Shown here in pieces: positions 13,481 to 25,544 of a stretch of DNA of 64,000 nt. Location: positions 33,399,703 through 33,463,702 of the forward strand of contig NC_057740.1 in the NCBI RefSeq assembly GCF_004010195.1, read 5' to 3'. Within the stretch, counting starts at the first letter, position 1, and each line of letters opens with the position of its first letter. The notes beneath the pieces were generated by a model that was given only the letters and a program-made list of their open reading frames with translations, did no database searches and was not told the DNA's origin. The position numbers were made by a program, and so were the translations under genes. Source of the stretch: Chiloscyllium plagiosum. Taxonomy: Eukaryota.

Positions 13481-13644
13481 ACTACAGCATTCCCACTCTT
13501 AATATACGATGACTTCATTCCAGGGCCAAGATTACTCAAAAAGAAATGTTTGGCTCCGTACATTCAAATCCTCTTTATTAACTCTTTATCCTGTGGAATG
13601 AATAGCTGATCACATAATCAGCAATATATGAACCAACTGAATAT

Positions 13645-13833
13645 ACACTTTTTCACACATGGGATGGTGCATATGTGGAAAGAGCTGCCGGAAGAAGTGG
13701 TGGAGGCTGGTACAATTAGAACGTTTAAAAGACATCTGGATGGGTATATGAACAGGAAGGGTTCAAAGGGATACGTGCCAAACGCTGGCAAATGAGACTA
13801 GAATTATTTAGGATACCTGGTCAGCATGGACAG
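13645..13833 (+). mobile_element. CR1/HER1-like LINE 3' fragment
   Basis: GAGCTGCCGGAAGAAGTGGTGGAGGCTGG tail region shared with the other CR1 copies. Confidence 0.75.
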
Positions 13834-14335
13834 GTATTTGTTCAGTGCATTTGTTCATATGCAAGTGTGACCAATTCAGACAAGGTCAGCAGTTTCTATG
13901 CTCAGCTCCCCTGAGGAGGTAGTGGACCTTCTCCTATGTAATATATTGTACATGCATTTGAACAAGGCAATGCAGATTCCAGTTTCAAATAATTAGACAT
14001 TTTTTTTGCACCTTATATGTTTTTAAAGCTATTCTGAAACCTGTTCCAACCGAAGTCTTGAGTAACTTAAAATCCACATGTGCATCATCCCAATATAAGA
14101 AAGCAAACATTGAATGTTTTAAAAAATCTATAAATATTCAGAACCTCCTTATCAGGGGATCTGTAACATTTTAAGAAGGGAAAAAAGGAAGGGAGCATTT
14201 CCTATGGAAATGTCTTGTTATTAATTTAGCATATTCGTACTAAGTCTGTCTCTTTCCTACAGAACAGGTTCAAAGTCATCCTTTGTCAGTGTAATCCACA
14301 TTCCCAGTGACTAAACTGTGGGAACACAGGTCAAA

Positions 14336-14359
14336 GAGGGAGAGAGAGAGAGAGAGAGA
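14336..14359. repeat. (GA)n microsatellite
   Basis: Directly visible. Confidence 0.9.
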
Positions 14360-14479
14360 ATCTGATCTGATTTTTCAACCTATATATTCTTTGAGTACAG
14401 CATCATATAGGTACAATAGAGATGGAGTTATTACTCCTTTCTACATTACCCTGGAGTCTGCAGGATTTATTTCCTTTTT

Positions 14480-14790
14480 AATTCTTTCATGGGATGTTGG
14501 CATCACTGATAAGACCAGCGTTTGTTGGTCTAATTGATCTTGAACTAAGTGGTTTGCCAGGCCATTAGAGTCGACCACACAGCTGTAGGTTGGGAGTTTT
14601 GTGTAGGCCAGATTTCCTTCCCCAAAGGATATTATTTTTATGACAATCAGTAGATGACATGGTCACCATCACTAACATATATAATTCCATGTGTATTTAC
14701 TGACTTCAAATTCACAAATGCCATTTGATCCCATGACACCTCTGCCTGGATTACTAGTCCAGGTACATTATCATTACCCAACTGTCTTCC
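14480..14790 (-). mobile_element. Degenerate tRNA-derived SINE (11015 family)
   Basis: Similarity to the copy at 11270-11590. Confidence 0.6.
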
Positions 14791-15306
14791 CCAAGTAAAC
14801 ATTACCAGGACATTAATGTGACCAAATCTACTAAGAAAAAAAAAATGGCTCTGAAAGAAATTATGTGTTTTTATTTTGTGTTATAAAAAACTTTGGGACG
14901 TTTAATTAGTGACTTGGTTGAAGGTTAGATGCCCTGAATGGACTGACAGTAAAGTAGATCGCTTTGCAACCATAATTCACTCCATGTAGCCTTAAACAGG
15001 GAGAACTGGACTTCTACTTCTCAGTGGGGAGGAAGCCCTGCCATTATATAGTTTGGCCTGCAGCTCCAGCAGTCTAAACAGCACCAGAGTTCAGAAACGG
15101 GCATCTCTGGTGCTGCAAGGAGGTCCACAAAGAACACCCATCGTCTCCCAACCCTGGTATGTCTCAGGCTTCTTCAGTGACAAGGAACCAGGGACCTGCA
15201 GAAGGGGTGATAAGGAGGTAAGAGATTGGGTTTTGGTGGCTGGGTTGAAAGTAATGGAGGGGGGAAGGGGAAACATCTTATGCATGCAGGACAGATATTC
15301 AAAGTG

Positions 15307-15698
15307 GCTGAAAATGTGTTGCTGGAAAAGTGCAGCAGGTCAGGCAGCATCCAAGGAACAGGAGAATCGACGTTTCGGGCATAAGCCCTTTTCCAGCAAC
15401 ACATTTTCAGCCACTTTGAATATCTGTCCTGCATGCATAAGATGTTTCCCCTTCCCCCCTCCATTACTTTCAACCCAGCCACCAAAACCCAATCTCTTAT
15501 CTCCTTATCACCCCTTCTGCAGGTCCCTGGTTCCTGCAGATGCTGGAGATCAGAGCTGAAAATGTGTTGCTGGAAAAGTGCAGCAGGTCAGGCAGCATCC
15601 AAGGAACAGGAGAATCGACGTTTCGGACATAAGCCCTTTTCCAGCAACACATTTTCAACTCTGATCTCCAGCATCTGGAGTCCTCTCTTTCTCCTCGA
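15307..15698. mobile_element. Composite PLE mini-element insertion containing an inverted copy of the host flank
   Basis: Perfect 14-bp TSD AGATATTCAAAGTG (15293-15306 and 15699-15712); two element copies separated by the reverse complement of 15183-15307. Confidence 0.85.
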
Positions 15699-16239
15699 AG
15701 ATATTCAAAGTGCATGAACAAGTCCCCTTCCAGCCCACCTTTGAAAGAATTGGATTAAAACAAGCAACCATCCAACTCCCATTTACGAAGAGCATTATGA
15801 GGAGGGGACCATAATCCAGAGCAATAATGTGGAGCGTAATATTTGTGTCAATTGTCTGTTGATTATATTTTTAATAATGGCACATGGATTACCAATTTCA
15901 ACACGCAGCCACCTGCCATAATCCGGGCACTCTGTAAAGGATGAGCAGCAAGGCCATGGCAAGAAACCAAACATAATTTATGTGCCCCCTAGCCCCATTG
16001 AAAATATGCCTAATAGGGGCCAGAAAATCCAACCCTTTGAGATGCGTTGAGAAATACTAAAACAAAGTCAGTATTTGTCATTATCCTTTATTTTGTTATT
16101 TAACCACCACATTTTCCTATCTCCAGCTATTTTGAATTGAATGATTTATTGTCCCTGGTATTTAACAAATAAATACAGTGAAAAGTGTAAATTGTCGCCA
16201 CGCACTGGCACCTTTTGGAGCTTCAGAAGATATTAAGAT

Positions 16240-16705
16240 GCCAAGTTTGGGGGGGTTTGAGCTAAGGGAGAGGCTGAATAGACTGGGGCTGTTTTCCCCT
16301 GGAATTTCGGAGGCTGAGAGGTGACATTATAGGTTTATAAAATCATGAGGGGCATGGATAGGATAAATAGACAATTAATGGAATAAATCACACTGGGTGG
16401 GGGAGTCCAGAACTAGAGGGCATAGGTTTAGGGTGACAGGGGAAAGACATTAAAGAGACCTAAGAGGCAGCTTTTTCAGGCAGAAGGTGGTACGTGTATG
16501 GAATGAGCTGCCAGAGGAAGTGGTGGAGGCTGATACAATAACAGCATTTAAAAAGCAGTTTGATGGGTATATGAATAGAAAGGGTTTAGAGGGATAAAGG
16601 CCAAGTGTTGGTAAATGGGACTAGATTAGGTTGGGATATCTGGTTGGCATGGACGGGTTGGACCGAAGGGTCTGTTTCCATGCTGTACATCTCTATGACT
16701 CTGTA
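16240..16705 (+). mobile_element. CR1/HER1-like LINE 3' end
   Basis: ERLNRLGLF..KIMRGMDR..TRGH pattern and CTCTATGACTCT tail. Confidence 0.85.
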
Positions 16706-17270
16706 TAATTAGAAACAGGGTTCTTCCTCCTTTCTTGTGCTCCACACAACACCAGGGTGTGTGGGTTCTCCACAATGGGCTTGAAATTGAACTGTCAGAT
16801 TTGCTGTCCTCGTTTGATGTTTCCTAGGTCTAGGGTCCAGGAGATTTAGAGGCATACATCATGAAAAAGGCCCTTTGGCCCAACTCATCCATGCTGACCA
16901 GGTTTCCTGCACTGAACCAATCCTGTTTTCCTAAATCGTTTCATTTCTGCAAATCTGACTGGCTTATACATAGACTTTATTTATCTTTTCTCCAGGCATG
17001 AGATGTGGAAATTACGAGCAAGGCCATCATTTGTTGACTATCACCAGCTGTCCTTGTACTAAGTGGCTCATTAGGCCATTTCCAAGTCAACCCCATTATT
17101 CTGTGTCTGGAATGGGCCAGAGTGGGTAAGAATGACAGATATCCTTCCTTAAAGAAAAGTTTTCTTTCTAAACATCAAGTGATGGTAATTTCATGATCAC
17201 CATTACCGGGATCAGATTTCAATTCTGGGTTCATTCATTTAAATTATGTTGTATCAGCAGCCAAGGTAAG

Positions 17271-17500
17271 TGAAGTAACTCTAAGAAGGCCAGTATCCTG
17301 TCACCAAGTCCCTCTTTATTTACATGTGTACAGCACTTGATACTGTCCCAGCTTCCTCAGAGCCTGCTCTCAGAGTGAACACAACACTTGACACTCCTGT
17401 TTATATGTCAGCCAGGGCTCCCTGATTGGATCAGGTTAACAGCCCGAATCAGGGAACTCATATTCTGAGGTCCACCCAGCTAACATTGTTACAATCACTA
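17271..17500 (-). mobile_element. Short solo-LTR-like repeat (copy 1), inside a SINE
   Basis: About 230 bp, homologous to 31468-31703; minus strand has TATAAA and AATAAA. Confidence 0.6.
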
Positions 17501-18789
17501 GAGTGGAATCTGAACCTGTGTCCCCAGAGCATTAACCTTCACTGCTTGGTTTATGAATCCAGTGATATTATCATTCTATCACTTTAGATGCAGTAAAGAC
17601 CAGTTGGACGGAGAATGTTAGACAGACAGCAGACTCAGTAATGCCTCATCGTGCAGCAGAAGAAATCGAACAGGCATCTGGAGCCTAGTGGAGATAGAGG
17701 AGGAGTTTTCCTGGGATTCCATGAGAATATTGCTCACCTCTGGATTGCACACTTCTCTTCTAATCCTGAGATCACTTACTAATCCAAATCAGCGTACATG
17801 CTGCCCAATATCACACAAACTCCACCTAGCCTTGGAGATAGGCCAAGCCTCCTGCCTGAGGGATCAGGTGCTGCTGTTCAGTCCACAGTTAAAATCCATC
17901 TACCTATCTCACTACTTCTAAGCAGATTAGGAAGGCCCCCTGTTCAACATGCTTTCACAACTAACACCACCAAAAGAACAAAGAAAATAATCTTTCATCT
18001 CGTGGGATCTTGCTGTGTTTAGGATAGCGGTCATTTTCTTTGAGCTGTAAAGTCTTTGTGAAGCTTGCTGAGGTGTCTCTGATATCCATATTAAGATGCC
18101 TTACATCAATGTATATTTTTCTCTCTGTTAATGATATTAATGGAATAAATCACACTGTAACTGATACATTAGGAATTCCCTATTGTCAGCTGGTCTCAGC
18201 AGGTAATGGGTAATAAGCTATGAGAAACCATGGCGACAGAAACCATGTGATTTATGGTATGTAGTGTTTAATCAACAAAGCAGTGGGGGGAATCTTTTAT
18301 TCAGGAATCTATGACTTAATCACAAACTGAAATTATGCTCAAAGGCATAAAATCTTGTCCTCATGTTATTAATATTTTTTGTGTTGCAATTAAGTCTTCA
18401 AAATATGCTCGTGTGTTGCCTTCCCTGAACCAATTAAATATTCCAGCAGAAGGAGGAGAAGTGACTGGGACTTACAAATCACACACAAAAGATTCAGAGA
18501 TTGGGCTTTGTACAGCCATATTGTGCCCAACAACAGCTTTTCCTGCTGCAGCTTAGTCTCCCCTTCCTCACAGCAGCACCCCCTCACTCTCTCCACAATG
18601 CCTGATCTTCCCACACTGTCCCAGGGAACAACCATGACAGCTGAGCGATGGAGTTTCTGTTTATGCATCATGCTCTTGTTCCCAGTGTTCCTCCCCTTCA
18701 CATGTGAAAGGGTCAGGCTTGGATGCTGTCAATAACAACAATTTGAATTTATATAGTGCCCATAATGTAATCATACCATACCAAAGTAC

Positions 18790-19135
18790 TTAGGAACAGG
18801 AATAGGCCATTCGACCCCTTGAGCCTGTTCTGCTATTCAATGAGATCATAACTGATCTATGGCCTAACTGCACAGACCTGCATTTGGTCCCTCTCCCTTC
18901 ATACTTCTGCTAAACAAAATATCTCAGATTTAAAATTAACAACTGATCCAGCATCCACTCCCATTCTTGGAAAGAGAGTTCCAAACCTCTCCCACCCTTT
19001 ATGTGCAGAAATGCTTCCTAATATTGCTCCAGAACTTTCTGGCCTTAAGTTTTAGACAATGCCACCTAGTTCTAGAATTCCCAACCAGTGGAAATAGTTT
19101 ATCTGCCCTGTCTTTTCCTGTTAATATCTTGAAGA
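18790..19135 (-). mobile_element. CR1-like LINE 3' end
   Basis: ORF 18999..19193 reads EVFKIL.G.DR..KLFPLVG.SRTR.H.LK. Confidence 0.8.
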
Positions 19136-19139
19136 CTTC

Positions 19140-19420
19140 CAGGGAGTGTTTAGTTTGAATCCTGCCATGGCAGATGGTGGAATTTGAATTCAATAAAAAT
19201 CTGAAATTAAGACTCTATTGATGACCATGAATCCATTGTTGATTGCTTCACTAATGTCCTTCAGGAAAAGAAACTGCCATCGTTACCTGCTCTGGCCTAC
19301 ATGTGACTCCAGACCCACAGCAATGTATGTTGGCTCTTAACTGTCCTCTGGGTAACTAGGGATGGGCAATAATTGCTGGCCTAGCCAACAACACCTTCAC
19401 ACTGTGAATAAACGGAAAAC
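19140..19420 (+). mobile_element. tRNA-derived SINE (11015 family)
   Basis: Reverse-complement similarity to 11270-11590. Confidence 0.65.
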
Positions 19421-21450
19421 AAACAAGCACTATCATTACACCACATAAACACACTGTCCAGTCTGCCTGGGTGTTAAATAGAGCAGAGTTTGAACCTGTG
19501 GACCTTCCTGGTTTAAAATCTCTGGTCAACGTGGAAGCTCTTGATATTAATCTCAGAGTTATTATGTTAAAACATCCAACCTTTAAATTTGCCCTTGTTC
19601 TGCAAAGCTATTTCTGTCTCTGATTCAATGGGCCCTTCCACTCCAACGTTATTATCAGAATCAGCTCTTGACTCAATCTGTGTAAACAGAATCTGTTCTA
19701 GTGGTACTGGGAGCTGAATGGAAGGCGCAAGACATCAAAATTACTCTGACAGCAATGGAAAGGACTGCAGATTAAAGATGTCTTTCAAAAATCAAGGCTG
19801 AAAGGTTATCAGCTAAACTAAATTTTCCTTCACACTAACATAAAATCAAAAGTAATGCATCAAAACTTTTCTGTCACAAACAACCACATCAGTAATGCAT
19901 TTAAAAAATAATATTCTCCCTCCCACAACATTGCACATGAGAGTCAAAATCCAGTGTAGTGTTCCGGTTAAAGTGTTAGATAACCAGAACATAATTTAGT
20001 CAGGATACACAAATCGGACCCATTTTAAAATCATGCACTGTTTCTTTATTTAAATATGTCTATGTCAGTTCCTAGCGTCACAGTTATAATGGAAACGGTC
20101 TACGTAAACATGCAACAATTACAAATTTTTTCCAGTGCATACAATGAAGCATTTCTACTAGGAGGAGATTCCAATTGAAGGGTAGAAATTGCTACACATT
20201 GCCCCCACTATTCAGGCATAAAATCACTGCAAAACACACCAATTTATCGATGTGATGGACTGTGACCATTCTATATAGAGATTGATCTCAATGCCTGTAT
20301 TGTTCAGTTGAAAGTATTTAACAGATTCGTTAAGGTCTGATCAAAATGATTACAAAAAGATATGCACTTTAATATGAAGCAAATTTATTAGCTTGTTTTA
20401 CCTTATACATATTAGAGACATATGAAAACTAATGAGTAAATCTAAGTCAGATTCCATGGCACTGGTCTCATGAACCCCAGCCAATGGTGAAATATCCAAT
20501 GAGTGGGACAAAGTCCCCGATACTAATACCGTTCGGAATCTAAGGTTACGTGCTGAATCCCCATTTTGTAATAACTTCAATATGTTTCCAGCCCTCAAAA
20601 ACAGTTGGAAAACAAATCCAGGTGGTCCACTGCACAAGTGGACAGTTCCCACTGCCCTCCAAGGTCAAGCAGTCTGTTCCCAATCAAAACAGGCTGCTTT
20701 TGCATTAAGCCTATTTTTCATGTGCTTTTCCACTTCAATTGCCACACTGTTCTGTCCAATTAACCTTTAAAGATTGAGCCTTAAAGGTCTGTTTCGAAGA
20801 AATAATTTTTAAGCCCAAAATTACATTACCAAATTTGTTGGGGCAATTATGCAAGTACTGGAAAACCTCAGCAGGTCTGGCAGCATCTGCACAGGAGCTC
20901 TGAGGAAGGTCACTCGACCTGAATAGTTAACTGTGATTTCACTCTACAGATGCTACCAGACCTACTGAGCTTTTCCAGCAATTCCTGTTTCATTTTCAGT
21001 TGTATATTTTGACGACTTTTCTAACTTGTCTAGAAACATTAAGTGGATTTCTGAGCTTAGAATCCTAAACTTCTTCATTCTTCCTCAGTTCCCAGCTTCT
21101 CACCATTTGGAGATAACTTTGATTAAAAGCAGGAGGTATAACCCCTAGCCTTTGCCTCCTTTAAACTTCAGAGTATTTTACTACTCTGCACAATTTTAAA
21201 ACTATCCTCATCCTCTAAGCATGGAGAAGGCTCTTTCTTGGGGAAGACATGATAAATTATATGACAATGATATAATAACAATGTAAATCAAATCGCTATA
21301 AACTCTAAGGGCCCAAGTAATTTCCTCGCCATCTAGACATAGAGCAAGGCTTGGCTCAGTGATGGCTCCCTTGTGCTTACTCAGAAATTCTTTGGCTCAA
21401 GCTCCACTTGAGCACATAATTTAGTCTGTCCTAATCCAGGAGTGCTACAC

Positions 21451-21848
21451 TATATAGGACAAACAGGAAGACAGCTAACAATCCGCATACATGAACATCA
21501 ACTAGCCACGAAACGACACGACCAGCTATCCTTAGTAGCCACGCACGCAGACAACAAGCAACATGAATTCGACTGGGACAACACTACTATCATAGGGCAA
21601 GCCAGACAGAGAACAGCCAGGGAATTCCTACAGGCATGGCATTCATCCACAAACTCCATCAACAAACACATCGACCTCGACCCAATATACCAACCACTAC
21701 AGCGGACAACCGGAAGCGGCAGGGACAGACCACTATAAAACATCAAAGAAGCGCTTCACAGGAGGCTCCCAAGCACTGATGATGTCGCCTAGCCAGGGGA
21801 CGAAACGTTTGCAACAAAAACTTCCAGCTCGGCGAACAGAACCACAAC
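21451..21848 (+). mobile_element. Penelope-like element 3' end (GIY-YIG C-terminal part plus pLTR), Poseidon-like
   Basis: ORF 21442..21738 reads YIGQTGRQLTIRIHEH..H..H.FDWDN..REFL.AWH; 10-bp TSD AGTGCTACAC (21441-21450 and 21849-21858). Confidence 0.9.
21773..21812 (+). ncRNA. Putative minimal type I hammerhead ribozyme in PLE pLTR
   Basis: GCA-CTGATGA-T-GTCGCCT(AGCC)AGGGGAC-GAAA-C-GTT-TGC: stem I GCA/TGC, stem II, and ACGT palindromic stem III. Confidence 0.7.
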
Positions 21849-21904
21849 AGTGCTACACCGTTAAAGCTGTTTACCTTCAGCTGAGGCATTATCTTGTACT
21901 GCCA

Positions 21905-22410
21905 ACAATAGCAGACTATGTGATAACAAGGTCTGGTGTGTGGGGTTGGGAATAAGGACATGACCCAGCTCAAGATCTAAAATCATTGAAGTCGATATTG
22001 AGTCCAAAAAGCTGTTGAGTTCTCAAGGCGAAAATGAGATGCTGTTCTTCCAGCTTGAGCTGAGCTTCGCTGGAGCACTATAGCAACCTGAGACAGAGAT
22101 GTTGGTCAGAGAACAGGATGGTGCGTTGAAGTGGCAGGCAACTAGAAGGTGAGGGTCTTTTTTGTGGACAGAATGTAGGTGAGTTCATTGGCTCTTTCTC
22201 CATGTATTTTTTACTCCTTACCCCCTCCCCCCACTATCTTCCACATAAAACCAACATTTCCCTAGCTACCATCAATTCTGAAGAAGGGTCACTGGGAGAA
22301 GTTAGCTCTGATTTCTCTTCACAGATGCCACCAGACCTGCTAAGCTTTCCCAGCAATTTCTGGTTTTGTTTCTGATTTCCAGAATCCGCAGTTCTTTCAG
22401 TTTTTATTTG
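21905..22410. mobile_element. Degenerate PLE (Neptune-like) 3' fragment plus inverted pLTR
   Basis: 21905-22180 is homologous to 25850-26210; 22210-22410 is the reverse complement of 25545-25700. Confidence 0.7.
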
Positions 22411-22453
22411 GCACTGTGAATCATTGGAAGAAGGGCAGCAAGACTTCCAGGTT

Positions 22454-23084
22454 TGATAATATGGGCCTTCAAGAAGGATTTGTTCAATGCTGGCTCTCGT
22501 GGAGAGAGGTGCTGTAAACCTGTTGAAAAGGTATCTACTTCATGGAAAGCAGAGTAAATAGTTTTGATTTTTTAAAATTAGACAAAAGAAGCATGGGTGA
22601 AGTCAGGCTCACACAGACAGAGGATTTAAGTTTTTGCTTTCAGTTGTTGAAATTGGCACTGGCTGCTGAAACTGCTAGATACATCTCTCTCTCCACTGAA
22701 GCTAAAAACTTGAGTTCTTTCTATGCTGCTAGATTCATTCCGTGGGTGTCCCTTCTCCTGGACTGGAAGAGATAGCAAGTGAGGGAAATCTGTTTTGCTG
22801 TATTTGCCTTTGCCAAGGGTGTATTTATTGCTTTATTGGAACAGTTGATGAGTAGCAGTTAAATAACATATTATTTTGTTAAGTATTTGAATAGAGTTAA
22901 AGTTATGTCAATTCTTCTTTTTTGTATTTTGTATTTCAACTGTAGCGCAAGAATAAAATGTGTTTTGCTGAAAGCCTAGTAGTTTGACCAATCAAATCAC
23001 ATCAAGAATGCATAGCCTTTAAATAAGATAAGAGTTAGGACTGTTTGATATATTTTGTGGATTTTTGGGCTGCTCCATATTACA
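22454..23084 (+). mobile_element. Solo-LTR-like repeat
   Basis: TG...CA ends, AATAAA near 22953, and reverse-complement similarity to 30000-30230. Confidence 0.55.
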
Positions 23085-23509
23085 GGCCAATATTTATCAA
23101 TTAACCAACATCATTAAAATGAATTATTTACATTTCTGATTATGAGGCTATGTGCAAATTAGCTGTTTATACAGCTTTTTCCAGCAATGTAATAACGACT
23201 ACATTTCATATAGTAATCCAGCAGGACTCTATACAGATGTGCATTCTTACAATCTATTTTGGTTTGATGTGATTGTTGAAACAACTGAGGTGAATTTTAT
23301 AAGCTACTTCCACAATAGCTATTTTTACATCAATTGTTACTGATATAAATCTGAGTACAGCAGTGTTAGATATCCCTCAGATAACCATTGATACTACATC
23401 AGGAATAATTTCAGTCAAGAGTCAAATGGCCATCAAGGTTGATAAGACATCTTAAACCTCAGCAGAACCTTATCAGAAATTAAAAGGTCTCTCAAAAATA
23501 AATTCTGGT

Positions 23510-23753
23510 CATAGAATCCCTACAGTGTGGCAGCAGGTCATTAGGCCATTCAAGTCCACATCGACCCTCCAAAGACCATCCCACCTAGACCCACCCCCTT
23601 ACCCTACTCCTGTAACCCTTCATTTCCCTTGGCTAATTCACCAAGCCTGCAGACACGGGGAGAGTGTGCAAACTCCACACAGACAGTTGCCCGAGGGTGG
23701 AATCGAACCTGGTGCTGTGACACAGCAGTGCTAACCACTGAGCCACTAATGGC
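23510..23753 (-). mobile_element. HE1-like SINE (internally deleted)
   Basis: A and B boxes on the minus strand, plus HE1 tail. Confidence 0.8.
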
Positions 23754-23924
23754 TGCCGATGCATGAAACAGAGCTGTCCATGTGGGTACATGCAGGTGGT
23801 CTAAAGCTTTCTGCTGGTGGGTAGACTGCTTTTTACAGCCAATAATTAGCTGTATTATGCGGCGTTTTAGCAAAATTCACTGCACATAAACCAATTCCAT
23901 ACTGATTGTGAAATACATTGGAAC

Positions 23925-24425
23925 ACAGCAGTGTAGGAACAGGTACAGGCCATTCAGCCCTACAGGCCTACAACAGCTTTTTAGATCATAACTGATCATC
24001 TGCCTCAATTCCCACATGAGCGACAGTTCCCTGATGTCATTAATAACAAGGAATCTATCAGTCCCTGTCTCAAACTTATTCAATGACTGAGCTTCCATTG
24101 TTCTCTGAGAAAGATAATTCCGAAGATTCATTCCCTTCCAAATGTAAAGAAGTTCCTTCTCGTCTCAGTCCTAAATGGCTTGTCTTTTTTCTCAGATTTA
24201 AGGGAAACACTTTATTCTGCATCTTTCTCTGTCAGAATATTTGAAATTTCCATGAAAACTCCTCTCATTCTTCTAAACTCCAATGAATTCAGGCCCAGTC
24301 TTCTGAACCACTCTTCATTGGTGTATCTCACCATCCCAGGACTCAGTCTAGTGAACCTTCATTGCACTCACTGTTATCGCAAATATATCCTTCTTTAAGT
24401 AAGAGGGCTAAAGATGGACACAATA
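23925..24425 (-). mobile_element. Old CR1-like LINE 3' fragment
   Basis: ORF 23877..24131 contains the remnant SQRTMEAQSLNKF. Confidence 0.65.
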
Positions 24426-24448
24426 TAATGACAAACCAAAAATCAAGA

Positions 24449-24597
24449 CAAAGTAACAAATCATACAACACCAAGTTATAGTCCAACAGGTTTAATTGGA
24501 AGCACTAGCTTTTGGAGCGCCACTCTGTTGGACTATAACCTGGTGTTGTGTGATTTGTCACTTTGTACACCCCAGTCCAACACTGGCATCTCCAAAT
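24449..24597. mobile_element. Fold-back PLE mini-element (9128 family)
   Basis: 12-bp TSD CAAAAATCAAGA (24437-24448 and 24598-24609); inverted arms. Confidence 0.75.
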
Positions 24598-25544
24598 CAA
24601 AAATCAAGAAACTTTATAACTTCTAACTTTATTTTTCGTCTCCTTAAATTGCCCTTCTTTATCTGTACAGTTGAGGAGGCCATTCAGTTAGGTCTGTGTT
24701 TTCTCCTACAACTGCATCTCCTTCAGATCTTTACCTAATTCCCTTTAGAAAGTTACAATGCAGCCAGAACAATGTGTTTTCACGTATCGAGCCGTGGCAA
24801 TGAATACATGGTAAATTATTGTCAAACAAGGAATTGATACAGAACAGCACAGCTCCTTTAATTATCGATAAAGCAAATGACTCGATTACCATTAGCAGCT
24901 GCAGTTTGACATTAATCACTGCAGCGAGGAATTTGATTGCAGTTCCAAGGCAGGAGAAAACGTATTAGATCGGAATACTTGAGGAAGGATTAAAGTGTCT
25001 GTGCTACACATTCTAACCCACTGTTCGTACTCCAACTTGGGGAGTGGGGGGGAGGGGGGGGCACGGGGGAGAGGTGTCAGACAGAAATTAGGCTAAGACA
25101 AGGACATCAATATATATCATTTAAAGTCATGGATGCTATGGAAATGTTTGAGGCTGCAACATGGTCTCAGAGCTCCTGCTCTTGAATAAATCATCAGAAC
25201 TCCATAACAGCCTTGAACTCCATTCAGCAACCACAGGCTCATCCTTCACACTGCAAGATCACAAGAGGAACTCCTCTTTTCATCTCACCCTTGCAGAATA
25301 AAAACACAAACAAAATCCCAACGGACCTCTGGCCATTTTAAAATTCAGAAGCGCTTTAAAGATGACTATGTGTTCTGAGGAGGGTATGATATTTGCCTGA
25401 AATGACCTTTTGGGGCACAGTGGCTTTGCATCCATAATTTTCCTTTCTTCAGAATCTAAACAGATGGTGCACACCCACACTCTCTCGATACAGGCTCCCC
25501 ACTGGATTTACTACATCATGGCATCACCAATATTATCATATTGG

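Noticed and set aside
15053-15721. Cluster of overlapping ORFs with repeated peptides on both strands
   Set aside because: These are by-products of the palindrome and the duplicated mini-element
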